Assembly (NCBI GenBank): GCA_964016885.1
Contig: OZ024757.1
Coordinates: 28,396,001 to 28,460,000 of the forward strand
Origin: Eledone cirrhosa
Lineage: Eukaryota
Length of the DNA: 64,000 nucleotides
Direction of reading: 5' to 3'
This document shows positions 28,078 through 41,955 of this stretch, piece by piece. Positions within the stretch are counted from its first letter, which is position 1, and each line of letters opens with the position of its first letter. A program made the translations under genes and the position numbers. The notes below the pieces were generated by a model, which ran no database searches, was not told where the DNA came from, and saw nothing but the letters and a program-made list of their open reading frames with translations.

Positions 28078-28751
28078 TCATCATCATCATCATCAGGTTT
28101 AGCGTCCGTGTTCCACGCTTGCATGGGTTTGGACGGGGGTTTTCCCACTTGAGGCAAGAGTGGTTGTCTTGCTCGCATAGGACTGTCTGGCGGGTTTTCT
28201 ACAGTTGGATGCCCTTCCTAACACCAACCACATTTACAGTGTGGGGCTGGGAGGTTTTTACCGTGTTGCCTACACGGCCACATTACAGCGTGGACTGTCT
28301 GGCGAGTTTTCTACAGCTGGATGCCCTTCCTAACACCAACCACATTTACAGTGTGGGGCTGGGAGGTTTTTACCGTGTTGCCTACACGGCCACATTTACA
28401 GCGTGGACTGTGTGTGTTTTTTGTCGTGACACCTACACGATCTCATTTGTTTCGGCCTGGATGTTGTGGGACCAACATAACTGTACATTGAAAGGGGCGG
28501 TGTGGATGGGGTGGAGGTGGTGGGACGGGGGGGGGGGTGTTTTGATAGAGATGCCTACTGACTGTAGTAGGTTTTTACTTTGTATTTAGGTAAGGCGGGT
28601 CTTCTCTATTACTGAGTACCGCCAAAGGTCTCGGTCCAGTGACATTGTCTTGGAGAGGTGTAAGTGTGTGAGGTCGGAATTTATCAGCTCGTCCCATGTT
28701 TTTCTGGGTCTGCCTACTCCGTGGCTACCGTCTATCTTTATTGCCCTGCAC
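28078..28751 (-). mobile_element. RTE LINE 3' fragment with internal ~111-bp duplication in the 3' UTR
   Basis: Homologous to 42459-42995. Block 28180-28290 is repeated at 28291-28410. (GAT)n tail present. Confidence 0.88.
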
Positions 28752-28827
28752 TATATATATATATATATAACAAAGGATCTAGCTGTCGAAACGGCCGGAG
28801 CTTAGCCGTTGGGGCCCTCACTCTTTT

Positions 28828-28887
<60 letters not shown>

Positions 28888-29559
28888 AGGTTGACGGAAC
28901 TAGCATAAGGTTTCCCTGCTAGTGCCGGTTGCATCTTAGCTAGTTGCTGATATTTATATTGTGGTGGTAGTGGTGGTAGTGGTGGTGCTAGTTGCAGAAA
29001 TATATATTGCTGTTGTTATTTTTGTTGTTGTGATGATGGTGCTTGTCATATTTTTACTTGTTGATTTTTATAGTAATCATAGTGGTCATGCTGATGGTGG
29101 TAGTGGTCAAAGTGGAGATGGTGGTGGGGGTATTTCTACTTGCTGCTAATATTGTTATAGCGAGGGTGGTGTTGAAATACTCTGAGATGGAATGTTAAGT
29201 GTAGACAGTGTGTTCCCTAGTAATGACATAATTAGTGGAATATGTGAGATTATCTTACACCTGACACATGTAATAATGTTAATATAATCAACATTATTGG
29301 GTGATATCATTTGATACAACATGGCCGCCAGCTAGTTGAATGGTGTTCAGCTGGCTAATCAGTCTGCTGGTTGGTCAGCCAGTTAGTTTGTAGATGTGCT
29401 GAATAGGACCCGTCCCACCCTTGCAAGCAGGGAAAAGCGGACGTAAAATGATGATGATGATGGTGATGATGATGATGTGTGTCAATGGGTTGGTGTGTGA
29501 GTCAGTTTTGGGGTCATGGGTTGATGAGTTAACCCTTTAGCATTTACATTACTCTATAT

Positions 29560-30482
29560 CAGCAGTTCCCAACCTTTTATAATAAATTCCACCTTAATGA
29601 TATAGCAAAACAGTATGATATAATTTTTTTATATATAATTTTTTTATATAGAAATAATTTCGGCATGTATTTTTATTTCAATCAAATCATTTAAAATTTA
29701 TTATAAACCCTTTTTCAACAAAAAACATTAAAATAAGAATATATTATTTAATTTCAAAGAACCAATTAATGAGATTTCTGTAATTATTTGTTTTCTATAT
29801 CCAGTTTTAAATGATAAATTTACTAAAATAAATAATTGTTTCTACTTTTGGCACAAGGCCAGCAATTATCCCAGTGCATTACTGGTACTTTATTTTATCG
29901 ACCCCGTAAGGATGAAAGGCAAAGTTAACCTCGGCGGGATTTGAACTCAGAATGGCAAGGGACGTAACTCTATGCGTCAAAGCATGGCGTCCGACCCTCT
30001 ACCGATACTGCCAATCCACCACCCTTACTAAAATAAATAATTGTTTCTACCTTTGGCACAAGGCCAGCAATTACCCAGTACATTACTGGTACTTTATTTT
30101 ATCGACCCCGCAAGGATGAAAGGCAAAGTCAACCTCAGCGGGATTTGAAAGTAATTTTGCCAATGAGAAATTTACTAAAATAAATTAACATATATCCTGT
30201 TATAAAAATAAGTTTCTTTACTAAGTTTATTTACTAAAACATAAATTGTTATATCCAGATTTAAATAATTATCAAGTGAAGTAAAATTATAATTAGAAAA
30301 GGTAGAAAGTTGATAAAAAGTTGAATATAAAAATGTGAAGCAAGAAAAAGAAAAAAATATGTTAACAAACTACTCTTCTTTTTTATGTATGAAATTTGGT
30401 GATTTTTAGTTAATTCCCTGGCTCCCCCAATAACTTGCTATGGCCCACTGGTGGGCCATGGCCCCCTGGTTGGGAAACAATG
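29560..30482. mobile_element. Non-autonomous hAT element nested in a piggyBac-like MITE and carrying two SINE copies
   Basis: Termini CAGCAGTTCCCAACC / GGTTGGGAAACAATG. 8-bp TSD CTCTATAT at 29552-29559 and 30483-30490. Confidence 0.85.
29830..30149 (-). mobile_element. Two adjacent SINE family 1 copies (full + 5'-truncated)
   Basis: Copies at 29830-30025 and 30035-30149. The flanking motif ttactaaaataaat recurs at ~29820, ~30025 and ~30172. Confidence 0.85.
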
Positions 30483-30842
30483 CTCTATATATACTATTGT
30501 ATTTTCATGGTAAATGCTTTATCTTACATTATCTCACATAATATCGAATCTATGAGATTTTGATATTATTTATTTTGGGAACAATATGTTAACATAAGTA
30601 TGAGTGACCAGTTACAGCCAGTTTGAACAGAAAGAGGTGAAAGAATTCTGGCCAGATACAGCCGGTTTAAATATTAAAGGTTTAAAGCAACTTTGTTCAA
30701 GGATTGGTTGACTTAGGAAGTGATTGGAAATTTAGTTGAAAACATCGTCGTTACAATGCAGATAACTATAATAATTGTACTTCGCCCAATTTATTAAACT
30801 TTGTTTATTTAATTCATATAGCCATTCATATAGCCATTCAAT

Positions 30843-30990
30843 GAAGGCACATGGCTTAGTGGTTAGAGCATTGGCCTTGCAATCGAAAGGTTGTGAGTTC
30901 AATTCTCAGACCGGGTGATGTGTTGTTTCCTTGAGCAAGAGACTTTATTTCACATTGTTCCAGTTTACTCAGCTGTAGAAATGAGATGAT
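30843..30990 (+). mobile_element. tRNA-derived SINE family 2 (CORE-like); other copies ~1015-1200, 24465-24660, 32549-33460, 33620-33940, 57640-57835; 3' parts tandemly at 15090-15770 (-)
   Basis: A-box tggcttagtggttagagc and B-box gagttcaattctc. Central ccttgagcaagagactttatttcacattgttccagtttactcagctgtagaaatgag resembles the CORE domain. Confidence 0.75.
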
Positions 30991-31009
30991 AGGGACTGGG
31001 GTCCATATC

Positions 31010-31186
31010 ATTCACTGCAAAGTGGTCGTGGAGGTGCCACGGCAAAAAAGCACCCAGCACTCACTGTAAATGAGGTTGGTGTTAGGAAGGGCATCCAGCT
31101 GTAGAAATCAAGCCAGAATCAGTTCCCGTCCCACCCTTGCAAGCAGGGAAAAGTGGACGTAAAATGATGATGATGATGATGATGAT
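31010..31186 (+). mobile_element. RTE LINE 3' UTR fragment
   Basis: Nearly identical to parts of 50555-50710 (gtggtcgtggaggtgccacggcaaaaaagcacccagc...gttaggaagggcatccagctgtagaaatcaagccag), with a (GAT)n tail. Confidence 0.85.
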
Positions 31187-31378
31187 TCAATATGTGTGCG
31201 TGTATGTGTGTATATGTCAGTGTGCGTGTATGTGTATATATATATATATGCGTATGTGTGAATATATGTGCATATAGGGATGCATTGCTTGTATATACTG
31301 TAAGGTGGATATTCACTATACACACACACACATTATATATATGTGTATGTGTATATATATATAGTGTATGTGTCATAA

Positions 31379-31411
<33 letters not shown>

Positions 31412-31593
31412 CACATACCCACACAGGGTGAGTTAATCATATGTTAATCCACACTTCACCAGATCACCTTTGATTGTTATTAATATATGAACACAAATTA
31501 CATTTTCTCTCTCTCTCATCATATATATATATATATATGCATATACATACATATATATATATTTAAATGTTCTTCATAACTGTCATTTAAAAG

Positions 31594-31720
<127 letters not shown>

Positions 31721-32689
31721 ACTCTCTCTCCTTTTCTCTCTCTAAATGTCTCATTCTCTTGCTCTGCCTTAGTCTCTATATCTCTCAATATCTCCATCTC
31801 TCTCTCTCTCACACACATTCTGTATATCTGAAAGTGTCTGTCTTTGTGTCTTAGTCTCTCTCTCTCCCTCTCTCTCTCTCTCTCTGAATGTATCTGTTTC
31901 TCTTGCTCTCTCTCTGTCTCAGACCCAGGTGATATTGCTTTAGATTCACATTCTTAAGTATCTTATATACATTATATAGTCTGTTCCTACCTGCCCCTGA
32001 CACAACCACCACCACAACCCCCACCATCACCATTGTTACTACTGCCAACATCTCTGTCTTTCTCTCTCCCTCACACACACACAATCATCATGACTCACTC
32101 ACCATCACTAACCATCACACGCACACACACACACCCACAAAACCACTCCCAACACCCACACCTTCACTACCGTCACCGCCAATACGGCCACCCCCACCAC
32201 CACAGTACCACCCCCACTACCAGTACCACCACCACCACCACCACATGATCACAACCTGGCTGGTGACCTCATTCATCACTTAGGTTAATAGTCTTTAATT
32301 CTCAGTTTAGCCTGCAGTTTCTTAGATTAGGACTAAAGAAGGATTACCGTGTTTATTCCGATCATGAAAAGATCTCAGTCTCAACCCCCCTCCCCACCAG
32401 ACCCACCCACCACTTCATTTGTCCAGTTATATCCACCCTTCCTCTCACACATCTCACCATCTTCAATATATACCCAGATGACTATAGTCCTCTTCCCGAC
32501 CTTCACTAAGTTGCTGTATACTACTTAGATATGGTGTACCTATACTAGTGAAGGCAGGTGACTTAGTGGTTAGAGAGTTGGATTCACCAATTGTGAGGTT
32601 GTGAGTTCAATTCCTAGACTGGCTGATGTAATGTGTTGTGGCCTTGAACAAACACTTTATTTTACATTGCTCCAGTTCACTCAGCTGTA

Positions 32690-33240
32690 GAAATGAGTTG
32701 CAATGTCACTGGTGCCAAGCTGTATTGGCCTTCACCTTTCCCTTAGACAACATTGTATATAGAGTATATATATATAGATTATATAGTGTAAATGTAGTAT
32801 ATATGTATATGAGTTGTGACATCACTGGTTCCAAGCTGTATTGGCCTTCACCTTTCCCTTAGACAACATTATATGTATTGTAAATATAGTACAGTGAAAT
32901 TCCATTATAACAAAATTCACAGGGTATAAAAAAAATTTGTTGTAATGAAAAATTCTTTATAACGAGATCAACCTAACACATCGACCGTGTGGCTGGGGAT
33001 CGAAAAAAGTTTCGTTATATTGAAAAATTTGTTATAATGGAATTTTACCTGTATATATTTATATGAGTTGTGACATTACTAGTGCCAAGCTGTATTGGTC
33101 TTTGCCTTTCTCTTGGACAACATCATATATAGTATATATAGAGAGTATATATAGTGTAAATGTAGTATATATATATATGAGTTGTGACATCAATAGTGCC
33201 AAGCTGTATTGGCTTTTCTCTTGGATGACATCGGTGGTGT
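32690..33240 (+). repeat. Four tandem units (~120 bp) of a SINE family 2 internal segment, interrupted by a Tigger-like MITE
   Basis: gagttgtgacatcactrgtgccaagctgtattggc at ~32695, 32811, 33064 and 33179. Confidence 0.75.
32892..33051. mobile_element. pogo/Tigger-like MITE; shorter copy at 12095-12171
   Basis: TA|CAGTGAAATTCCATTATAAC...GTTATAATGGAATTTTACCTG|TA. Confidence 0.72.
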
Positions 33241-34201
33241 AGAGAGGAGATAGTGGTATGCATGGGTGACTGCTGGTCTTCCACCAAAAAAAAAAAACCA
33301 TACCCAGGTTTGGGCCTCAGGGGTGAACTTTCTAAATGCAAAAACCATGGTCATTCTTTTACCTATACTAAAACCAGGATACACAGAGCAACATAAACCC
33401 ACAAATCAGCAATGCACAGATACTGTAGAGAGATTTGGCTGCTATTTCTAGCAGTCTAATCAATCACATTGAGGTTTCCTCTGTTGTTTGTAATGGTAGA
33501 TAGCATGAAGAAATCTTACAAGAATCTCAGCCAAGATTATGTAAGATAATTCACAACACATACAAAACATGTACCATATTGATTAATTGGCCGATGATCA
33601 TATGGTTAGGTGAAGTCTTGAGGCCTTGTGGTTAGGATGTTCGACTCATGATTGTAAAGCAATAAGTTCAATTCTTGGACCATGTGGAACATTGTGTCCT
33701 TGAGCAAGACACTTTATTTCATTATATTCCAGTTCAATCAGCTGGCAAAAATTAATTGTACTTGTAATTCAAACGACCAGCCATGTTACACATTGTATTG
33801 TGCTGAATCTCCCTGAGAACTACATTATGAGTGCACATGTCTTTGGAATTCTCAGTAACTTACACATTAATTTCATGAGTAGACAGTTCTATTGATTGAA
33901 TCAACTGTAGTATTTGTCGTTGGAAACAATAGAGGTCCAACAACAAGGAAATACATACCAGAATACATAAGATAAGGCATATCAAAATATTTTATATGTA
34001 CCACATAGCTTAATATAGACTACTACATACACTACTATGTGATATATAATATATACCACATATATTACATTTACAATAATAAATACCACATTACATAGGT
34101 TAATATATAATATAAACTACCAGACTTGTCTCATTACATGACAACCCATCTAATCCTTGCAGGCATGGAAAATGGATGATAAATGGTGATGATGATACCA
34201 C

Positions 34202-34392
34202 TTAATCCTTTACAATTTACATTGCTCTATATTTACTATTGTATTTTCAGAGTAAACACTTTATCTCATATAATTATCCCTTATTATATCGAATCTACGA
34301 GTAAATATGAGTGGCTGGTTACAGCCAGTTTCAAAAGAAAGAGGTGAGACAATTTTGGCCTCATATGGCTGGTTTAAATGCTAAAGGGTTAA
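34202..34392. mobile_element. piggyBac-like MITE family A
   Basis: ttaatcctttacaatttacattgctcta...ggtttaaatgctaaagggttaa. Confidence 0.8.
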
Positions 34393-35380
34393 ACCAATAT
34401 AGAATATATAATACATATAAAACATTACTACATACACTAATATATAATACATATAAATATATAATTGTTTCTACTTTTGGCACAAGGCCAGCAATTACCC
34501 ATATAATACATATAAAACATTACTACATACACTAATATGTAATATACTTTAAATATTTAAATATGCAGATATCTTCAACAACTGCAAACATTAAAGAAGA
34601 AAAATTAATGCGTACGCACATATATGCACACACACATACATACTCCCTTTCTCCACACACGCACACACAAACACATACATACACACACTTATCCCCACAC
34701 ACACATACCCCCACAAACACATACACACACGCACGTGTATACACACAAACTATTCCTCACACATTTACATGCACACAACCCCTCGCTCATCTACACCCAC
34801 AACTGCTTGTGCATGCACACACACACATACGTACACACACACATACACACATGCACACATATACACACACTGATACAGTGAGAAGCTGTAATGTAATTAA
34901 AAATATACTAAAAGACAAGTTAATTAAATTTATAATATTTAAAAGAAATAAACAAAAGAAAAAACAAGAAATAAGAATAAAAACCTGAAAAATGCAAAAA
35001 TAAATAATGAAAAATTCAATTATAGATAATTTGATCAGTAAAATTTAAATTGCCATATATATATATATATATATTGAAAAGTAGACATTAAATGGTGATG
35101 ATGATGATATTTATATATATATATGCATTTGTGTGTGTGTGTATATATATGTATATATATATGTATATATATATATACACATATATATGTATATATATAT
35201 ATACACATACACACACATATATATATATATATATACATACACACATACATATATATATATATATGTATGTATGTATATATATATATATGTATATATATCT
35301 ACACATATATATATACATACACACATACATATATATATATATATACATACACACATACATATATATATATACATACACAC

Positions 35381-35475
<95 letters not shown>

Positions 35476-36104
35476 ATATTTGTTTTTGTTAAATTCCTTC
35501 AGTGAGTTTGACATGTTTAACACAATTTATTCAGTGCAGACGTAAACCAATTTTTGAATGACTTCATGACAGCCCGTTTCATAAAGCAAAAAGCTTTTAA
35601 ATCTATTCAAATTGTGAAAATTTGGTTTAAGAAAAAAGTTAAAAAATAAGAAAAAAAATAAAAGAATGAGATAATTCAAACAAATAGAAATGTGATTTAT
35701 TGTTGTTTGTTTTGTCTGTTTGTGTCTTAGTGTTTGTTTTTTTGTTTTTTTTTTGTTGTTGTTTTTTTTCAATTATTTTTCATTTGTGCTGTCTTAACAT
35801 TTATTCCTTAATATTTTTTTTACAATAATTTGTTAAAACATGGAAATATGGAAGAACGTTTAATATATATATATATGTGTGTATGTGTGTATATATATAT
35901 ATATGTGTGTGTGTGTATATGTGTTGTACATATATGTATATATATGTATATATATGTATATATATATGTATATATGTGTTTGTATATATATATATATATG
36001 TGTGTGTCTATATGTATACATATATATATATATATATGTGTGTGTGTGTATATCTATATATAGATGTGTGTGTGTGTGTGTATATATATATGTATATATA
36101 TATA

Positions 36105-36137
<33 letters not shown>

Positions 36138-36360
36138 GTATATGTATATATATATGTATGTGTGTATATATATATATATATATACACACACATATACATA
36201 CATATATAGAATGGATGGTTGGAAAGAAAGTAAAGGATAACAGTTTTCTTTTCAGCATCTTAATTTTTTAATTATGGAATGAATTTTAAACTTGGAAAGG
36301 AAGAAACATCATCTCCGCTAACCTTAATCTTATTTCGTTCCAAAACAAAGATTTCTCTCT

Positions 36361-36395
36361 TATGCCACACAGATGATCATCATCTGTGTGGCATA
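36361..36395. repeat. Perfect 17-bp-arm palindrome
   Basis: TATGCCACACAGATGAT-c-ATCATCTGTGTGGCATA. Confidence 0.9.
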
Positions 36396-36625
36396 TAATA
36401 ATAATAATGATTATTATTATTGTCATTATTATCCTTACTATTAGTATTATTGTCATTTTTATTATTGTTGTTGTTGTTATTATTGTTATTATTTTATTGA
36501 GTTGTGTAATTATCTAATATAAAATAGTTGAACATCTTTAGCTGGCAAAGTCATTAGGATGTTGGCAGATAGAGATAGATAGATAGATAGATAGATAGGT
36601 AGATAGATGGATGGATAGATAGATG

Positions 36626-36658
<33 letters not shown>

Positions 36659-36689
36659 GTAGATAGATAGATAGATGGATAGATAGATG

Positions 36690-36722
<33 letters not shown>

Positions 36723-37999
36723 TTGGATGGATAGAAAGAAAAAATATAAAATGATAAATAAGCAGATGCAGAATGATAGATTGACAGACACAGGGACAGG
36801 CATCGACAGATTGTCAGACAGTCACACAGACAGATTGACAGACAGACAGACAGATTGACAGACAGATAGGCAGAGACTGACATATTAGACATTGAAATAT
36901 AGAATGAAAGCCAAAGCCAAACACCGGTGATAGAAAAGACATAGAAATAAAGATGGTCAGACAACAGAGATACAAATATGGTAATAAAAACAGATGGGAG
37001 TATGATGACAGACGTAGAAATGTAACCTGTACCTCCTGAAGGAGTCATAGGGGCTTCCCTCTCCTGGTCTAAACATGGTCAGTTTCTTCCAGAGAAATAG
37101 AAATTGTGAGATCAAGGAAGTGAGAATGAAATAGAGAGAAAGAAACAACTCCAGTACTGTTTTGGTACCTTTTTTTTCTCGCCCTTGGATAGATGAAAAA
37201 TAAAGTTGACCATGGCAGGATTTGAGTTCAGAGCACAGTTAACCTAAAGGAATACAACAAAGCCTTCTATCCAATGTTCTAACGACTCTACCAATTTGTT
37301 GCCTGTAGGCATAGAAATGTAAATAGACAAATACAAACTCTAACCCATGCTAGCATGGAAGATAGATGTTAAACGATGATGATGATGATGACAATGACTG
37401 ATAGACATGAATATAAACTGACAGAATGACCTTCCTTTTAATGCTTTCATTGGTAAATTCCTTGGGCAAGGAGACTTTCTTCTTTATAACAAACATCTTT
37501 CACGCTTCTAACCCATGTCTAGAATCTCTTTTTGTCTTGCAACATTGGCTAAAATTGAGCTGCTGTTGTTGCTTTTGTTATTATCTATTTCATCTGCATT
37601 ATCAACACCAACTTTCTTTGAAAGATTTACAAATTATAATTGTTTGCACTTAAAATTCTATTTAATTTTCATTTTATTTTTGTGTATAGGGAGGAGCTTT
37701 TTTAAAAAAATCTATCCCCTATGCGTATGCAACAAAAATTATTGGGGGTTATGTTTGTGGCTAGCACTTCCTACAAAGTGGTTCTTGAGGTGACCATACT
37801 AAGTTAAACATTTTATGTACTTTGATAAAAACATTAAATATATATTTGTTTTAATGTGGCACCAGTATGAACACCTTATCGTGTGGGCTAGGTGCATTTT
37901 TATTGTAGTACCAGCACTACCACTTTACAGAGTGGGCTGGGTATATTTTTATTGTAGCACCAGCACTGTATGTATTTTATTTTATTATTTCTTGTATAG

Positions 38000-38187
38000 T
38001 GTGAAGCCCCCAGTGAAAGATCCACCAAAAAGCAATCCAAGTAAACGCCACCGAGAAAGACTGAATGCCGAATTGGATCATCTTGCAAGCCTATTGCCAT
38101 TTGAACAGAGCGTGATCTCAAAACTTGATAAACTTTCCATCCTCCGCTTGGCAGTTAGTTATCTGCGGATCAAGAGCTATTTCCAAG
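38000..38187 (+). CDS. AHR: Internal coding exon (bHLH exon, equivalent to exon 2) of aryl hydrocarbon receptor / spineless orthologue
   Basis: Translation [62 protein letters not shown] carries the AhR-specific basic region SNPSKRHR and helix 2 [16 protein letters not shown]. It is bounded by acceptor ttcttgtatAG (ends 37999) and donor GTagga (38188). The upstream intron is phase 2, the downstream intron phase 1, and the exon is 188 nt, matching the vertebrate AHR exon 2 layout as I recall it. Confidence 0.95.
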
Positions 38188-38344
38188 GTAGGATACCTTC
38201 CATTAATATTCAGTTTCTATTTTGTATATAAGAAGAAAAAATCTATTGGTGAATGTGTTCTGCTAAAAGAGAATAAGGTAGATTCTTCTTTAACTATTTT
38301 TTATGATGTTCCAAATATATATATATATATATATGAATGATTAA

Positions 38345-38602
38345 CCCTTTTGATACCAAAATTGCCTGAAATCAACCCTGGTTCTATGATAAAAAGCTTT
38401 TTATTTTAAATTGTTTAAATTCATCTAAAAACCTTTCATCGTAATTTTATGTAAGAACCTTTTTCAAGTTATGCTCTAAATACTAACTTAATAACGAGAA
38501 AGTTAATTATATTACTAAATCTCTCCAAATTCTTGGTTATTTCCAAAATTTGGTTGAAAATCGTAGTCAGTGTCTTTCATTAGAAATATGGTAACAAAAG
38601 GG
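38345..38602. mobile_element. piggyBac-like MITE family B
   Basis: TTAA|CCCTTTTGATACCA...TGGTAACAAAAGGG|TTAA. Related fragments at ~11735-11950 and ~25620-26030. Confidence 0.8.
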
Positions 38603-38829
38603 TTAAACAAATATATTAAAAAAAAAAAAAATCACCAAACTAAATGTCAATAACTTTTTCCAGTGATACAATTTTTTGGTAATTAATTTGTTGTTTTTTT
38701 TGTTAATTGTGATGTGAGATAATTGTTGTATTCAATAATGTACCGTGAAAATTTTACTAAAACTAAAATATGATATAATATACCATTTTCATCTAAATGG
38801 AACTGAGAGCTGTGTTAATGAGGAGGGGA

Positions 38830-39295
38830 ATGTCATGGTAAATAAAGAGGGTGGTGTATGTATGCTACATGTGTAAGAAGTGCCATGATTTATGGGAGTG
38901 AGGCATGGGAGATGAATGTGGAACGGAAGAAGAGAAGGTTAGAAAAAATGGAAATAAGAATGGTTTAGTGGATAAACACAGTATCGCTGAGAGAGGAGAC
39001 AAATAATGAATTGTAAAGGATGATAAGAATAGAGCCAAATGGTGAATGTAATGTAAAGAAATAGAATGAGATGGTTGAATCATGTGTTGAGGAAGGATGA
39101 AAGTGACTGGGTGAAAGGAGTGATGGAAATTAATGTGGAAGGAAATGGAAGAAGGGGAAGACCAAGAAAGACATGGCTAAAGATGATGAAGGAGGGAAAT
39201 GAAAGACAAAGGGTTTATGAATGCAGGATTCAAATGGTAAAGATTGCCATGGATCCTTCAAGACTAACCCCTATTTTATCTAGAAAATGACTTTA
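38830..39295 (+). mobile_element. Decayed RTE LINE C-terminal fragment
   Basis: MRWLNHVLRKDESDWVKGVMEINVEGNGRRGRPRKTW, with a YGSEAW-like remnant upstream. Confidence 0.75.
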
Positions 39296-39584
39296 AAATG
39301 CTTGTTGTATATCCACATAAAGGAATTGCAAGATATTATTTATTTATTCTAGTTCTATTGTTTTATCAAGTAACACTTATCATTTCATCCAGTTCCTTCA
39401 GTTTTTTTGTTTTTTTTATCAAGTACCCACTGTATTTATCAAATACTACATTGATTTTTATCAAGTACCTCTATCGCTGTGTCTCTTTTTGTTGTGTAAC
39501 CTAATTTGGGTGTCTTTTACAATTATATATGCTATATTTTATGATTTTATAACTATTTCTAGCAATTCAAATAATGATATATAG

Positions 39585-39868
39585 AAGTGATTCTCAAACA
39601 TTTACCTGCCAAAGACATTTCATTTAAATAAACTTTCCCACAAAACCCCCACTGTAATTACCCCTGCTCCCTCCCAGACTTACACAGTGAAAGTAGCAAT
39701 TAAAAGAAAGAAATGGTTATTCTTAGAAAAAAATGGATACCCAATAGTGTGTGTGTGTATATAATATCGTTGAACATAGTACTTAAAATTTCGAAACTAG
39801 TTCACTGACCTCCAATACTTCATTTGTGGACGCCCAGTGTACCATGGACTCCATGGTGGGAACCACTG
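39585..39868. mobile_element. Degenerate hAT MITE
   Basis: Termini aagtgattctcaaac / ggtgggaaccactg; flanks atatatag / agatatac match at 6 of 8 positions. Confidence 0.5.
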
Positions 39869-41404
39869 AGATATACCAAACCTGTGTCAAGTGGAGAAGG
39901 ACCGTAGTATGTAATTTGACATGAACTGACCTATCATTTTGTGGTACAATGTACCAGAATGGGAATAGGTTTTATTTAAATTCACTTTGTCTTATCTGTT
40001 GTTGTTTTTGTTGGTGATGTTGTCTGTTGGTGGTGGTGTGTTTGTTGTTGTTGGTGTGTTTGTTGTTGGTGGTGGTGTGTTTGTTGTTGTTGGTGTGTCT
40101 GTTGTTGGTGGTGGTGTTTGTTGTTGTTGGTGGTGGTGTGTCTGTTGTTGTTTTTGGTGGTGGTGTATCTATTGTTGGTGGTGCTGTATTTGTTGTTGGT
40201 GGTGTTGTGTCTGTTGTTGGTGGTGTTGTGTCTGTTGTTGGTGGTGGTGTGTTTGTTGTTGTTGTTGTTGTTGGTGTGTCTGTTGTTGTTGGTGGTGTGT
40301 TTGTTGTTGTTGTTGGTGTGTCTGTTGTTGTTGGTGGTGTGTTTGTTGTTGTTGTTGGTGTGTCTGTTGTTGGTGGTGTTGTGTCTGTTGTTGGTGGTGT
40401 GTCTGTTGTTGTTGGTGGTGTGTCTGTTGTTGTTGGTGTGTCTGTTGTTGTTGGTGTGTCTGTTGTTGTTTTTAGTGGTGGTGTGTCTATTGTTGGTGGC
40501 GTTGTGTCTGTTGTTGGTGGTGTTGTGTCTGTTGCGTTTGTTGTTGTTTAACCCTCATCAAACCCTGATCAGTTTTCTTGTTACTTAGTCTGCTAAATAC
40601 CTGGTTGTTGTTGTTAGTGGTGGTGGTAATGATGATATCAGTGATAATTGTGTTAATAAGGGTAGTGATGGTGATTATGATGACAATGATGATGATAGTG
40701 ATAATGATGACGACGATGATCATGATAAGATGACAAGGACCAAAGCCAAACCAAAGACAATAAAAAATAAACAATAAACACAATACAATAAACTATAATG
40801 GCTTCATTAATTACATCTTGATAAGTCAATATTCATTTGGTTCTGGAAGTTTCTATAGAATCTGAAACACCAATAGTATATGTGTGTGTGTATGTGTTAT
40901 GTGTTTCACTGTGTCCATATGTGTAAGTATATCAATGTGTCCATGTGTGTATGTGTATCAGTGTGTCCATGTGTGTGTTTATATATGTATCATCTGTGGA
41001 TATGTATGTGTTTTTATATGGGTGCATGTGTATCAATGTATGCATGTGCGTGTGTGTGTATCGGTATGTACATATGTGTGTGTATATTTATCTGTATTCT
41101 GTAACAATGTGTGTGTGTGTATATGTGTTTAAAATGTGTGTTTTACATCAATCTGTATATGTGTATGTTATGTATAAATGTGTACACATGTATGTGTATG
41201 TGAGAGAGAGAGAGGGGGGAGAGTATATATCAAAGAGAGTGAGAGAGGGTGAACAAAGAGAGAGATAGTGTAGAAGAAAGAGAGAGAGAGAGACTTAATT
41301 GTTTCTTCCAAATGTCATTATTTTATCCAATTTCCATTTGATTTGATGAGCTTATTAATAAAATTACACACAACATAATATGATGCAAAATTATATATGA
41401 CACA

Positions 41405-41547
41405 CTGGCATGGTTGTGTGGTTAAGAAGTTCAATTTGCAACCTTGTTAGGGGTTCAGTCCTATTGCGCCAGTCTCTTCTACTATAACCTTTGGTTCATA
41501 AGTGCTCTGTGAGGGAAATTTGGTTGACAGTTACCTGTTCAGAAGCT
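41405..41547 (+). mobile_element. Third tRNA-derived SINE, degenerate
   Basis: ggcatggttgtgtggttaagaag (A box), gggttcagtcc (B box), tcttctactata...tgtgagggaaatttggt. Confidence 0.5.
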
Positions 41548-41921
41548 TTTCATATATATATATGTGTGTATGTGTGTGTGTGTGTGTATATATATGTGTG
41601 TGTGTATATAAAGGGCTTAAGCCCGACACCTTGAATTTTCTTTCCTCTTTCCATATAAAGCATGAAACTAATAAGACTTTTTGTACCTCTGTTTATTGTC
41701 TCCTTAAATTATATATATATAAATATAAGTCAAAATGGACGCAGTAAAAACCTGTTAGAATATAACTCACAAGAGTGCTCGATACTTGAAGTAGTAGAGT
41801 GTGGTAATGAAAGAATTGGGACCTCAATGGCTGATTTCTTGCCATTTCAACAGCTAGTTTGAAACAGCAAGAGCTCAGTCATCGGGGTCCTGACCCTTTA
41901 ACACACACACACACACATATG

Positions 41922-41955
<34 letters not shown>

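Noticed and set aside
30843-30915. tRNA gene
   Set aside because: The A/B boxes belong to SINE heads that continue into dispersed SINE bodies; there is no complete cloverleaf.
37815-37999. N-terminal part of ORF 37815-38231 as the AhR start
   Set aside because: It lies upstream of the AG acceptor and resembles RTE 3' UTR repeats. It is intronic read-through, as is 38188-38231.
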